Positions 15,001 through 27,925 of a DNA stretch of 64,000 bases are shown piece by piece. The notes under the pieces are model-generated. The model was not told the DNA's origin. It worked only from the letters and a program-made list of their open reading frames with translations, and made no database searches. Every line of letters begins with the position of its first letter. Position 1 is the stretch's first letter. The position numbers and the translations under genes are program-made. The DNA comes from Haplodiscus bocki (lineage: Eukaryota): positions 39,866,001-39,930,000 of the forward strand of contig OZ296652.1 of the NCBI GenBank assembly GCA_965655095.1, read 5' to 3'.

Positions 15001-18000
15001 CTACCTATCGCTACCTAACAGTGGTGAAAACGCAGTTTTGTGTCATGCAAGAAGCCTGCACTGCTACGGTTGCACTGGAAAAGCAGATGGAAAGCTTTCC
15101 CTTACACAATATAGAGTGTGCACGTAATGGGCAGTTTCAGGAGAAAAAACTAGTATTGAAACTCAATCGATTTTCTTTTTTTCGCTGTGTTCGTCGAGAA
15201 ATAACAGAACACTGTGTGTACGTGGAAGAAATGAACGCCAGAAGTCGACCGACTTTCAGATTGAAAGTGCCTATTTTGCAACTTTTGGTTGTTATTTTTC
15301 GAAAAATACACTTTTGAAACGACTCTGGAACGAGTGTTCAAAAATTTCTGGTATTTTCCAAGGGGCCATAAAACCTTTGCCTTACATGCTGTCTTTTTAC
15401 ACAATTTGACCGAAAGGAAGAATGTTTATAGAAACTGGATGGTTCCCAAATTTCTGGGGATTTTTTGTATTTGTTTGTTTTCGTATGCGAGTTCATCTGA
15501 AGGAAGGAATTTCGCGAGACATTCTGGAAAATGTTCAAAAATTTTTTTTTTCGAAAAAGCAGCAAAGATGCGTTGGAGAACAAGAGGGACCATGTCGACC
15601 ACCTTTAAAACGGTAAGAGTGCGAAGAGCAACAATTTTTTTTGTTCCCCGGCCAATGCACTTAGAGAGTTGTAAAGCACGGAAATTTTTGAATCCCTATT
15701 TCCTTATTCGCGGGAAAATGGATTAAGAGTTAATGGTGGACCCGATATTCATCTCAAGTTTTGAAGTCCTATGAGCTCTGGGCGGTTTTATTTTTTGGAT
15801 GGCAGAGTCAAACACCGGGGCTGTTCAATTCAGGCTCATCAAAACATAACTGAAAGGTATATGGTCCTCACGAATGTGGGGTTTTTCTAAAAATTGGGGA
15901 AGTGACATGTGTTGCTTCAAAAGTAGTGGCGAGTCATTTGGTTTTATCTCATTTATACCGAAGCTGAAATTGAATATTTTATCAATAAGGTTGTCTGATT
16001 TTTCCAGACGTGCAAATGTTGATATGATGTACATTCACTACTGATTTAATGTGTCTCGAAGTACGTGCCAATCATCTGGCTCCCAGTTACGTCTTGACCA
16101 ATGAGGTTTCAAAATATGTTGTTCGATGCTAAAGATTTGATTATTGGAGACGAAAGGAATAGTGTTAGATTATCGCAATATCGAAGCCGATGGTATTTTA
16201 AATTAAGCAAAAGTAGCTAATTTAGTGCTTTTTTCCAAAATTTCCATCTTCTTGCCTTCCAAGTCAACCTTATAACTCTGCCTCCAGAAGCATTCGACAA
16301 AAAAATGCATGAATTTGGAAACTTCTCTGAATTTTGAATCTTTCGTCCAAAATGGTAGTGTTAGTGACCTTAAAATTAAAACCAAAAAAGCATGTAATTT
16401 TAACATTTTTCTGTCCTTCCTTTTGCTTTCTAATTCAACGTCGAGCTACTAAACTACCATGAAATATTACAAGAGTACAAGTATAAAAGAAGAATTAAGA
16501 GAAATGGATCGGAATTTTCAACGAAAATTGCTGGTTTCAAGTCCCTTAAAGTAACTTTCTAGCTGCTGAGCTGCTTGTCTTCGATATCATATTTTTTGCT
16601 CCGACTTCATTAGGAAACAATAGTGATTTATGTTGTTCCCAATTTTCCCGATTTTCAGCATTTTCGCCAATAAAGCCAAATGATCATTTTTAAAATTTCA
16701 GGTGTGTTTTACATCGCAAGGCCTCGTCATCACCGGGAAAGTCTTCCTTGTAGAAAAGTTTTTCCTTTGTTAGCTTCAACGCAAATCTGCATGTACCGCA
16801 ACTTCTGTTTCGGTCGAAAGCGTCATCTCCAATTAACGCCTGATTGGTGGATTTGTGTTTAATTGGAGTATGTTACACAGTTCTAGCATTGCGTTGGCCG
16901 GTTTCTTCGATTCTTGGGAAGCGGTTGCTTATAAACTTCTGTAGCATCGATTGTGCATGTTTGAACTTTGCAGACAGTAGTCGAAGATGTGGCGTTGTCT
17001 GGAAGTTCAGGGGTAGAAATGATGGTAGTTGAAAAATTGGTGGGCAGGAAAAGATCGTCATTGGCGCTTGAGGGGTTTAACGAGCATATATCAAGCTCTT
17101 CGGTGGCAGGACAAAATACCCAAACCCATATTCCCAAAATACCCACGCCCAAAATACCTTAAGTCCCAAAATATACCCTAAGGCCCAGAATATCCATGCC
17201 CAAAATACCCAAGATTGAACTAGCCTTACTAATTGAATAATTAACAGCGTCTTGACGCCAAAAAGTTCCAAGTCGCCTCTAATTACTTGAGTCTAATGAT
17301 GTTTTGAAATACTCCGCCTGTGCTGTGACACGTGTCGTGCTCAGTAGTGCCGGTCCCATGCCAGGATAAAGGAGGAGGGTTAAGCACAACAAGAGCAGGT
17401 GGTTGTAAAAACATCTGCCATTTTATGAAGTTTTCTGCAAAACATTCCAATAAAGCTAGGGTTTCCCTCGGAAGCGACGCGCGCCCTACAGATCCTATCG
17501 ACGTTTCAAATCAGCCGGGACCACAATGAAGTGGATTGCTGCGAATTGCAAGCTGGAACATAGGAAACCTCTCCCGGAAACGTATGAAGGTAACCTAGGC
17601 TCTGAACAGGAGCAACGTCAACATCTGCTGCCTCCAAGAGCCTGGGGAAGAGAAAAGAGGCAAGGAATCAGGGAAGCGGGTTCCGATTGTACTTCAGAGA
17701 CAAACAGTACACGAAATGGGTGAAAATAGCAGTAGACGGTGCACTCCAAGAACGAATCCTTAAAATACAAAGGGTGAAAGACAGAATTATGTCCGTGACT
17801 TCCGTGTGCTCAACCCTGCAAGAACCGTAGACCCTGATCTCTGCGTGTGGGCCGCAGACCGGATTTAAAGAAGAGTTCTACAACGAGATGGATGAACTGT
17901 TGGGTTAAACAAGTGATCTTAGCCTGCGACGTTAATGGTCACGGGGGAACCGATGGAAAGGGATCAGGCTGCCATGGAGCGAAAGGAGTCGGTCGAGTTA

Positions 18001-21000
18001 ACGAAGAAGGCAGACTAATCCGAGACACAACAAAAAGTGCAAATGTGATCATGCTAAAGACATGCTTCAAGAAGAAGGAGAACATCAATACACATACACA
18101 GGCGGAAGCTGGAAGACCCTGATGGACTTCATCCTAGTTGAACAAGAACTGAGAATAAGAAATAGAGATAGCACGTGTATCCTGGGAGAACCGGCGGTGA
18201 CTCAACATAGACTGCTAGTGTCAGATTGGCACCTCAAAATAAAGCGACAGATTACGAAAACAACAGAAGGGAAAGTCAAATGGAACAACGTAGGGTTCAT
18301 TGACGAAGCCTTGGAGTACATGCTAAGAATATACCCTTCCCCGGAGTTACAATGGGAGACAATAGAGTGATAGACACTTAACAAGGTACTATACGAAGCT
18401 GGTACAGAGGCCGTAGGAACAATCAAAGGTGGCGGAAGAAGAACGCGAGACACATAGTGGTGGGACAAGCAGGTATGAGCCTCGCTCAAAGCAAAGGTAC
18501 AGGATTGAAAAGCGTGGCACGAAAACAACAGAAAGAAGTACAATTTCTCAAAAAAGAATACGAAAAGAGCCGTGGCAGAAGCTAATGCAGGCGCGTGAGG
18601 AACTGTACAAAAACTCCCGACGAGAGCAGGAAAAAGGAAATCCTCCGAACCGCCAGAGCTTGAGACAGCGCCAAAAAGGATGGATTGGTGGGGCGTTATG
18701 TGAAAGATGAAGAGAAAACTATCATCACAGACACAGGAAAGACCAATTAAAAGCGGGCAGAATACTTTGAAAAAGTTGTTTTTTGAACGAGACACGAGGC
18801 CACGATCATTTTAAAGGGCCCATTGTACACAGCCGTATCGAGAATATTGGAACTGAGGAGCACCAACTGGCTCGCGTAAAGAAAAGTAAAGCCTGGAGAC
18901 CAGATGAAATCACTATCGAGAGCTTGCCTGTAATGGAAGAGCTAAGAGTCGACCTAATGACCAATGTGCTAAATTACGTGAGCGAGGAGAAAATCCCAGA
19001 AGATTGGAGGGACAGCCTGATAACGCCAGTTTTCGAACAAGAAAAAGATCCCATTGACTGTAGCAAGTATAGGTAAATAAAGCTTAGCCACGTCTTCAAA
19101 TTGTACGAGAGAATTATCGAAAACCTTTTGAGGATGCTGGTGGAATAACCCCTCGACCAATTTTGATTCAGACCGGGCTTCTCAACAACAGACGCGATCT
19201 TCAACCCGAAGATTTTGATAGAAAAGCTTGGGGAGAAGCCACAAAATTTCCTCTCCGCGTTTGTCGACTTAGAGAAAGCGTTCGACACGGTACCTAGAGA
19301 AATCATCTGCTTTAGCCTAAATTACAAGAATGTCACTGAAGCGTACATCAGACTGATTGCGCACATGTATGACAATAACCAAAAAAAATTCAAATGATCG
19401 CAAGGCGTCAGCAGACCTCTTGATGTGACCATCGGACTACACCAAGATTCTGCTTTGAGCTCATTCCTATTCATAACAATACTGTACAACATTTGCGTAG
19501 ATATCTGCAATGACGTACCATGGGACCAACTGTATGCAGACGACCTACAAATAGCTGGGACAATTTAAAGCACCTGCTGGAAAGAAATTGAACCAGTGTA
19601 CAAATACATTGGATGAGAATACTGTGCACGTTACGAATGAGAATGAGAGCCCGATGAGAGTAAATGGCATGGAGATCATGAAATTATCCAGCCTCAATTA
19701 ACTGGGATCAGTAGTAAGCAGCACCGGCAACTGCATAGAGGACGTGAAAGCACGCATAAAATCAGGCTGGAATAGCTGGAGAAAGCTTACAGGAGATTCA
19801 CTTACGGCAAAAACATACCGCCAGAACTGAAACACAAGTTATTCCACACAATCAACAGGCCAGCTATGACATACGCAAGTGAAGCGTGGGCAGTGAAAGC
19901 TGCGGATATCAACAGGCTAGCAGTGACAGAAATGAAGATGCTCAGGTGGCTGAGTGGAAAGACGAGGCTGGACACGATAAGGAACGAAGAAGTAAGGAGA
20001 ATGACAATCACGTACCCAATGGATGAGTTTCTTAGCATGAAGTGGCTGATGTGGTTTTGGCATATGCAAAGAATACAAAGCACCCACCACTCAAGAGCCG
20101 CACGAGAAGCCACTATCGAGGGGAAAACAGAGACAGGAAGACCAAGAAGACACGTATGCATGTGATAAGACAAGATATGAGCTAGAGGAACCTGACGGAT
20201 AATATGGTGAGGGACAGGCTGCAATGGAAGAGGAGAACTCGGCCGACCCCTTACACGGAATAATATGGTCGACAAAGTTGAACTGGCATTGTTGTTTTAA
20301 AATATTGGTGGTGTCGAAATTAGAGATGTCAAAATTTTCACCCTACATTACCTTGAACAGAAAAATAGCCTCGATGCTCAGAAAATGGGGTATACACGGG
20401 GGTACCCCGGAAAATTTTTAGCACTCTGAGATTTATTTTTTGCACTTCAATTATTCCGGCACTGTGATTCCAGTCCCCCATATAATTTTCAAAATTTTGG
20501 GTACTCTTGAAAGTTATAAATATCAAATTGATGATTTTTTTCAAAGTTTATTCTAGATGTGGCAATAATTTCGTACAGTGTATTTATAATGGCTCATAGG
20601 AGTTTATTGTAGGAAGCACTATTGTTTAGCATCATAGTTAAGCTATTTTTCAAGTAATTTTGCAACATTCAACTATTTTGGGTACTTCTAATGCTAAGAC
20701 GCTTTTAATTATTTAATTGGCATTGTTGTTTCAATCGTGGGTATTTTGGACTTTGGGTTTTTTGGACTCTGGGTATTTTGGGACTTTGGGGATTTTGGTG
20801 GAGCCCAAATTCTTCACTTGCATGCAAAATTGGTGTTTCTTTAGCCCTAGGATGTTTAAAGTTGGCATTAAAACTACGAGATCATCCAGTGAGCTGCGAC
20901 CAAAACATGAAACTGACTCTTTGTCAAGTTCTCTATGGACACATCTTTCAACTCCAGATTTCTTCTTGATTGTGTTCAATAATGACAACGGTAACGAACA

Positions 21001-24000
21001 CGAATGGATGTTTCTTTCTTTGGGTGAAGATGCTGCCGAATGGTTCCTCTCGATTGGAGAATAATTATTCACCCTCGTGGGTGAGATAACTGGTTTTGAG
21101 GCAGGGACAGAATAGGGTTTTGCTCGCCGAAATAACAGTTGAATTTGAAATCCACTTCGTAGCTAAATTAATTTCTATAGTTGTAGAAACGAATGAAGTC
21201 AATTTCCTAATGTTCGTGCTAGATGACTCTGATATTGGATGACTGAGAAGGTGGCAAACGCTTGAAAGTAGCATCCCGATAAACTTTCATTTCCAAAACT
21301 TGGAGAAGGAACGCCTTGACATTGGATTGTTTCGAAAGTGCGAAAAGTTTCAAAGCTGCATCGCGATTTGTGCTGACTTTTCCTGATGATTCGATGATAT
21401 CAGTAACAACTTTGTCTGGCGTAATGGCAAAAGGCATGTGAAGATTTTTGTCCGTGGTACAAAATTCTTCCGAATGCTGTCGTCAATACGTTTCCACCGT
21501 CATAAAGTTTTGGAATGTCTTTCGCTGACGAAGGTGTTCTTTACATTTAATCGTGGTTGAAATCCGCTTGCGCTGTAAAAAAAATTCATTTAAAATAACG
21601 ATTAGAACCAAAATTAGAATTCTCTTCACGAAAGCATAGAAGTGGAAGCAGCTCCTGTAGGTTATAGAATAATTAACTTTTCACATTTTGTCAACACAAA
21701 GTGGTTCAACCCCCTTCAATTGGCTGCGTAAAAGCGACCAGCCCATGTGCCGAGCCTTTCGGCAGCGACGTCATCGGGGAATGGGCCCAGACGACAGCAT
21801 AATGAGCGGGCTTCCTGCTGGTGGCCTTTGTTGTTGCTGAAGTAATTACTAATTTGAAGTCGACTACTTTGATACATTAATACGTTCTCAAGTTTCAAAT
21901 GTAAACAACGGTTCAATTTACCTTCGAACTACTATTCAGTGTCCAAGCACAATATTTTGCGAGAAATGTGTCCAGGACGATCTTTCCAAGGACAATTTGT
22001 GGGCATGTAAGATGAAATTGCTTGGCTCCACAGCATTATTATGACTCCGCGCACAATAAAAAGTCAAACGTCATTGGATGTCCGTTTATTCCAATGGCGA
22101 CCTGTCGCGCTCTCTGGGAAGAACGTTGCCTCCCAGGGTGAAGATTGCTCCATGTATAGAAATTAACGGAGCAACCTTAGTCGGTCAGTCGGGATGGGAT
22201 TGTCACACCCAATTAGTTCGAAATGCGTCCCGTCCTGTGGCCACTGGCCCGTGAATTAACTACTACTAAAGACAAAAGCACTGTCAGATGAAATCACAAA
22301 GACAAAAACAGTCGAAATGAACATCACAGAAACGGTGGAAGATGAAAGGGCATACAATCGAGGGTTAACTGGGATATTTTTATGTGTCGACAAGGGGAGT
22401 ATCAAGAAAACTTTTCGTGTTGAGATTCCGAAAACTATACGTTTTAGGCAGAAGTGGAGGGGGTGTCACGATTTTTTTGTCGAAAAGGTTTAGTCACTAC
22501 CGAAATACTTGGTAGGTGGGTACTCTTTGGTGTTTCGCAAAATTTGGACTACCGGAAAGCGTGGATGAAATAAAAAATGTTTACCGAAGAGTGGGTCGGT
22601 TCAAATTGAGGACAGCGTCCTATGAAAACTAAGTCACTAATAGCCGGCACTTATTTCTAAGCAATGAAGCTTGAAGTGTCTTCATGTTATGCGATATCTC
22701 ATCATGAAATTTCAGTGGTAGAATTTTGCAGCTTCCACTGTATCAAAAACAGATTTGTTTTTAAATCTAGGAAAGCTATGATTACTTGATGCATATACAC
22801 AGAGATAATATATTGACTCTTGTACTAGAAATCGTGTAGCGCATGCTTCGTGTATTTTGGAAATTTTCAAAAAGATACCGTGAAGGTGAATTTGCATCTA
22901 AAACGGTGTCGAAAAGCAGAACAAAACCTTTTCGTTTTTTCATGAGCGCCAAATTGCGCAAAAGGACGTTCAGACGTTCATTTTTATTTGTCAATTACTA
23001 ATTTAAAGATTTTGATTTTATAATATATTACGAAGGAAAATAATAAAATATCAATCTTAGTTATGACAGAATGGACGGAAATTCTATTTATTTAAATATA
23101 AAAAAGTATTTATTGTTTATTTTAGTATCCCCATACCGGCAATAATTGGAATTCATTCCTCTCTACTTAAAGAGGCAATTTATCAAGTGGTGGTGGAGAA
23201 TTTGTGCAATGCTCCCAACAAAGAGGACACGGGCTTTTATCTCTTGATTGATGCCGATAGCCAACAGAAAAACATTCGATTCAGGAGACTAGACCAAATG
23301 CCGGCCGAGAAAGTTTCTGCTAGTTTTCCTTCTGCTTACGTTAGTTCGAGTCATAGTTTTGAGAAGGTCATGCGATCCACGTGTAATGAGGCAACTAGTC
23401 ATATTTAATATCACCTATCATCTTGAGTAGATCTTAACGACTTGATAAACGCGACTTTTAAACATGATATTTTTCTACAAGAATCAAACACTTTGGTCGC
23501 AAGTTTTTTCAAGTCATGAAAAAACACGGATACCATATATTGTTGTTGTGACGTCTTCGAGTATTGAACTCAATGTTAAGTTTATTCCTTTGATGTTTTC
23601 ATTGGTTAGCTATTTTAGAAAGAGGTTTAGTTTAGAAGGATAATTGCGCAAAATTGCAACATGCGTTGTCCGGAAACTGGGTTTTAGGGCTATCGCTTTT
23701 TGTGTCCAATTCACTTAAACTTTGGTACTGTTTTAGGTGTGGGCATTGCGTAAAAAGTGGAAGGCGTTTGTGGAGAAGCTGTCAAATGGAGACGTGTCTA
23801 TTGAGGAATTTGCTCGACTTGTTTACTCAAGTTGTCACACTTTCATCGCACATCTCATTCTGGGTTACGACACATGCTTCAGGTCCACGTCACTCCAAAC
23901 TAGCTTTGAGGTTAGCATGCCTAACCCAAATGTAAATGGTTTTTATAGGTATAAGTACATCGGTTAGCCGTTCGGTGGGCAGAAACGTGCGTGTTCTATT

Positions 24001-24348
24001 TCAGCAGAAACACATGTCCGAATCAGGGTTTGATACCGATAAGTTTGTCAAGTTGGGTGCCACAAATAGTAGCGTGCAACACACTCGCCAACTTCTGTCC
24101 AACTGCCAATATTTCGAACAAGTAAGTGCTCGTTGCTTGCTTTTCTTGACGTTATTTTCTTGCTGGATATAAAAGAAAACAAATACATAAAGGCTTGAAC
24201 TAATCGAACTCTCTTAGGGGAATAATTATTGATTTCATTATAAACGAAATAGTAAAAAGATAAAATTCATTTTTTTACTCAAAGCGCTTCTGTTTTTCAT
24301 CATCAGTTCCATCATATGGAGAATATTCGTAGAATTCATTTTGATTAA
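6010..24348 (+). CDS. DENN-domain protein (uDENN-DENN-dDENN, Rab GEF family), spliced gene of about 11 exons
   Basis: Manually assembled GT-AG exons with compatible phases: 6010-6116, 7212-7316, 7395-7539, 8978-9034, 9105-9163, 9248-9346, 12450-12500, 23126-(23312/23339/23366; donor ambiguous), 23737-23910, 24005-24121, 24307-24348. The joined protein has DENN hallmarks: VYGFIGRVPAYGELREIL; ELVELFSRIEAENVVEIFCAMLLESTIIVSSARLDWISSCMILLHKLFRPFKWQRVKIPLLSPSMVQVCSIPIPAIIGIHSS; FYLLIDAD..LDQMP; dDENN-like FIAHLILGY..GFDTDKFV..CQYFEQF. The start codon and possible extra exons are uncertain. Confidence 0.8.
6401..7135. mobile_element. Non-autonomous CACT-terminated (CMC/EnSpm-like) DNA transposon in a DENN intron
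   Basis: TIRs CACTATAAAAAAATGGC / GCCATTTTTACAGTG, TA on both flanks, and subterminal CAGGTAAATTT / AATTTACCTG repeats in inverted orientation. Confidence 0.7.
7643..8050. mobile_element. Degenerate hAT-like MITE
   Basis: Starts TAGGGCTGTGCAATT, has multiple AATTGAA subterminal repeats at both ends and ends AATTGCCTA; right TIR incomplete. Confidence 0.35.
17310..17385 (+). ncRNA. Twister ribozyme (P3-containing, degenerate) at the RTE 5' end
   Basis: TACTCCGCCTGT-[hairpin]-TGCCGGTCCCATGCCAGGATAAAGGAGGAGGGTT matches the twister consensus UAACUCCGCC..GCCGGUCCCAAGCCCGGAUAAAGGAGGAGGG with two substitutions; the element begins at the expected cleavage site. Confidence 0.8.
17311..20289 (+). mobile_element. 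RTE-clade non-LTR retrotransposon (LINE), full-length but decayed
   Basis: APE endonuclease fragments (ILACDVNGH, MDFILV, TQHRLLV) and RT motifs (FRPGFSTTDAIF, AFVDLEKAFDTVPRE, GLHQDSALSSFLF, LYADDL), plus an RTE C-terminus (MTYASEAW..EMKMLRW..TRLDTIRNEEVR..WFWHMQR..GRPRR). Degenerate 15-bp TSD TGATGTTTTGAAATA (17297-17311) / TGTTGTTTTAAAATA (20290-20304). Multiple stops. Confidence 0.9.
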
Positions 24349-27300
24349 AAATCCATTCCCTTCTTGTCCCTCGTGAAAAATATTGAAAGATTCATTTCGG
24401 GCTGCGATAGTTAATGCTTCTAGAATTACTGCGAACCACTCTCAGATTTTTCTTTTCCTGGTGTGACCTTTTCAAAATTTAACCGTCCTGATACCGGGGC
24501 GTGGGTGTTTCCAATGCAGAACATGAAAAGCGATTCTGCAGGAAGCTGTGATCATATTCATCAACAATTCTAGAGCTTCTTTCAGTTCATCGCCTCTCGC
24601 AATTTTGGTGCTTCTTCCTCCGAGGGGTCCAAGAGCGTCGAACCTGCGGAGTACAGACAGTTCGATCTTGTATACAACCGCGTGATGAAAACAGAGCGAG
24701 AGAGAATTGAACGACCATCTTCCAGCGTTTCTAAACTGGGCCAACAACTCCACTCTAAAGTTGATACTGCCTACTCCAGGGTTCGTTTCCGCTTATTTGT
24801 ATATTTTTGCCGTCCAAAAAAAGTTTAAAATAAATGGGGTTATCTCATGTAAATGAAGAAAGTGATAAATAATACTAATGCTTGGGCTTTTAGATATGCT
24901 TCAATGAAACTTCAGTCTGTGTATTAAGACGGCTAACGAATGTTTTCAGTCAGCGCTTTAAGTAGTATTCTACTAAAAGCACGACAATTACAGTACTTAT
25001 TTTTAGGACTTCGGAAAATTTTGATTTCGCGAGGTACTTATAATGTAACTCGGTTTTCGTGTTTTTTGATGCTTCTTTGTACAACATTGTGCGACCTCGT
25101 CTGAAAGATGGAATTTTGTGCGACTTTGAAAATTTTTGAATTTTTTGTCAAAGCGCAGCAGAGCGGCGTGGGAGTACAGGAGTGACCAAACGGAGCATCA
25201 TAGTTGCGGCGAAAGCGCGTAAAAAAATCCGTTTTTTTGGAAATCCCATCCTTTTTGGCGGCTATAAGTATTTTACGAAATACTTATGTTTTTCAGTTTT
25301 TCTACACTTTTTTGTTCGGCATTTTTCGACTTCATCCAGTACAAAGATTTTCGTGTGATGTTGTAAAAAATGTTTGAAACTTTTTTCAAGACACAATTAA
25401 GCTGCGTGGGAGTACAGGATGGACCCTATGAACCATCTTAGTGTTGATGAGAGCGCGCAATTCTAAAAATTGATATTTTTTCTCACTCGCCAAGTGAATA
25501 TAGTAGCCCTATCCACCAGCATAAATTCGGCAACACAGCGCAAACTCAAATAAAAACGAAAAGTCAAATTCCTCTGAAGGTATTCATTCTTAGGAGCACT
25601 AGTAGCGGGAATGACCGACGAAGTTGTCCTTAGTTTGAACTGTTCAATTTCAATACGGAGTGTTATCCGATCCGAGCAAAGGTCTAGCCTTTCCCAAGCA
25701 AGAATATTGAATATCAAAATTATTCCAACTTTGGTACAGGGGTTAGGTAGGATCTGTTAAGTGGGCCGCGAAGTTAAATTGGGAAGTATTTTCACCTTTT
25801 ATTGAACTGTTTTATCCGGGCAAAGATGCGGCCATTCGGTGGTATTGAAAAAGAAGGGAATTTTAAAAATATCGAAAAACATTAACTTTATTCTAGTGTC
25901 TCAACGACATTTCGCGACCTCGTCCGATATAAGGACTTTCGAGCAACATTTGATATTTTTTCTGTAGAAAACACAGCAAAACTGGGTAGGAGTACAGGGG
26001 GACCCTCCGGACCATCGTAGTAGCGTTGAGAGCGCACAAATCTACAAAACTTTGTCATTTTCCCAGTCAACGTACTAATAAAGGTTAAACCCACTGTTGT
26101 TATCCCAGCATTTTCCCATGTCCTCTCCGCCTTGGGTGGCTATGTTTCTCTTTAGAACATCGGAAATTTTTAATTTTACGAGCTATATATATTATTGCTC
26201 AGTTTTTGTTCTTCTTGCGCTTCTTGTTACGACATCTGCGAACTGGTCCGAAATATGCAATTTTGTGCGACTTTGAGAATTTTTGAATTTTGCTTTCAAA
26301 ACGCAGCAAAGCTGCGTGGGAGTGTAGGAGTGACCATATTGAGCATCATAGTAGCGGCGATAGCGCGCAATAAAGAAAATTCAATTTGTTTGAAGTCCTG
26401 TTTGCCTTCGGCTGCCATATTATGAAATTCATCACTCACTTTACGTAGATTTGACTGACTTCCTTCTTTTTGTTTTGATAATTGCTGAGATTTAATGAAT
26501 AGTGTCCTTCAGCCCTATGTTTTAGCACCCTTATTGTGCTCAATTATTTAATGTCTTCCGTTGGATCAAGTTCCCAATCCCCCCTGTACTTAGTTTATAA
26601 TCACCCCAAATATGCGCAGCAAGCAGCTCAACCAATCAAATTAAAGCAGTTTGCACACACGCGCATCTTCAAGCCAGTTACACTTAGACACAAATAGAAG
26701 CAACCTGAGTTTAAACGAGGTCTCGTTGTTTATTTTTTTGGTTTTCAGAGCCGCAAAGCTGCTCATCAGTTGCTTAATTTTCTAATCTTTTTCTCGGGAG
26801 TAGAAGCATTGTTGGGGGGAATGATTCAATATGTTAATGTAAGTGAACCAATTTAGTCCTGTAATGATGGGTGAAACCGTCAATGAACGAGACACCCGTG
26901 ATGCGAGAAGACCTCAATGCTTTTGTGAACCAATCACGGAACACCTTGATTGGCTGAATTTGTCTGCTAGAGCTGATCATTACAGTAAAGTGCATGTAAA
27001 CATTTTGATGAATATACGTACATTTGATGAATTCGTAATTTGCTACCACTTTCTACGATGGATTCTTAAATGACATGAGACCAGTACTCGAAATTGAAAT
27101 GAGTCTCACTAAACATAAAAAACTAAATCTCGTACCGGCAGAATGTTTTGATTGGCTGAAATTTACGTGCATACTTTTCAATAACTTTGGTATAATATAG
27201 TCAGCAGATGTCTTTACGAACAACATATTGTTACTAATGGCGGCAGGTAAGTATCTCCGAACGTATCAAAGTCACACAAAACTGCCGCCGATTGGTCGGA

Positions 27301-27925
27301 ACTGGCGATGTGGAGGTGCCGAAGCTGTTCGTTTCAATGCTGCTGGTAGTGCAAATCCCTTTCCGGTTGTTCTTCGCACAATTGTACTCGTTATGTATAA
27401 TTGTTATTGATAATTTTATGTTTTGTGAGACTACTTTCAAATTTATGTTTAGCGGTCTTAGGTCATTTGGTACCTAATCCTTTCCGTGAGCCTAGCTGTT
27501 GCTTAAAAATTGCTTACGTAGTATAGAATTTCGAGGCGAAGTTTCTTCTAAGTGGTTGCTTATTGTGGGAACTGGGAGTACTATAACTCTAGTTCATTGT
27601 TTTCATCTTCAGCCCATTGTATTTTTTGGGAGCGTGGAAGGAGGGAAGAGATTGCGAATTTGACTCCTACAGTTCTCTTCGGAGAAAGGCGGTATAATTT
27701 TGGTCATCTCTTATGTAGTGTCATTCTCGACGCGTTTGTGGACGACTAGCCTCGTTCCTGATAGTCCTATTTAATCAACTAATCAGTCTCGTCAAACTGT
27801 TTTTGTCCTATTTTCTAAATCGGTGGTTTGTGTCATTCCAACTTGGCTGTTTTTTTGCCGTTTCTCCGTTCTTGTGCACAAATTTTTATCACATACCGCC
27901 CTAGATAAAGAACTGGATGTAAATA

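Larger units (their letters stand above)
17113..20798. mobile_element. Foldback/Mutator-like element with long TIRs built from tandem CCCAAAATACC units; hosts the RTE insertion
   Basis: The left arm (~17113-17255; CCCAAAATACCC units then GATTGAA..AATTGAATAATTAACAGCGTCTT) is the reverse complement of the right arm (~20695-20798; AAGACGCTTTTAATTATTTAATT..TTCAATCGTGGGTATTTTGG units). Confidence 0.6.
13705..26370 (+). repeat. Dispersed repeat family, six diverged copies (core GGGAGTACAGGAG(G/T)GACCATACGGAGCATCATAGTAGCGG)
   Basis: Same-strand copies at ~13705-13820, 15545-15625, 25075-25265, 25385-25460, 25905-26145 and 26255-26370. Several are followed by TCCG(T/C)CTTGGG(C/T)GGCTATG and preceded by CATT(T/G)(C/T)GCGACCTCGTC. 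Confidence 0.7.

Noticed and set aside
14975-15015. Possible tRNA genes (GGTTCGAATCC-type B boxes here and at ~8150 and ~53610)
   Set aside because: No complete cloverleaf; treated as SINE-like remnants.
17113-17215. CRISPR-like or telomeric tandem repeat
   Set aside because: Units are ~15 nt without unique spacers and form one arm of an inverted repeat in eukaryotic DNA.
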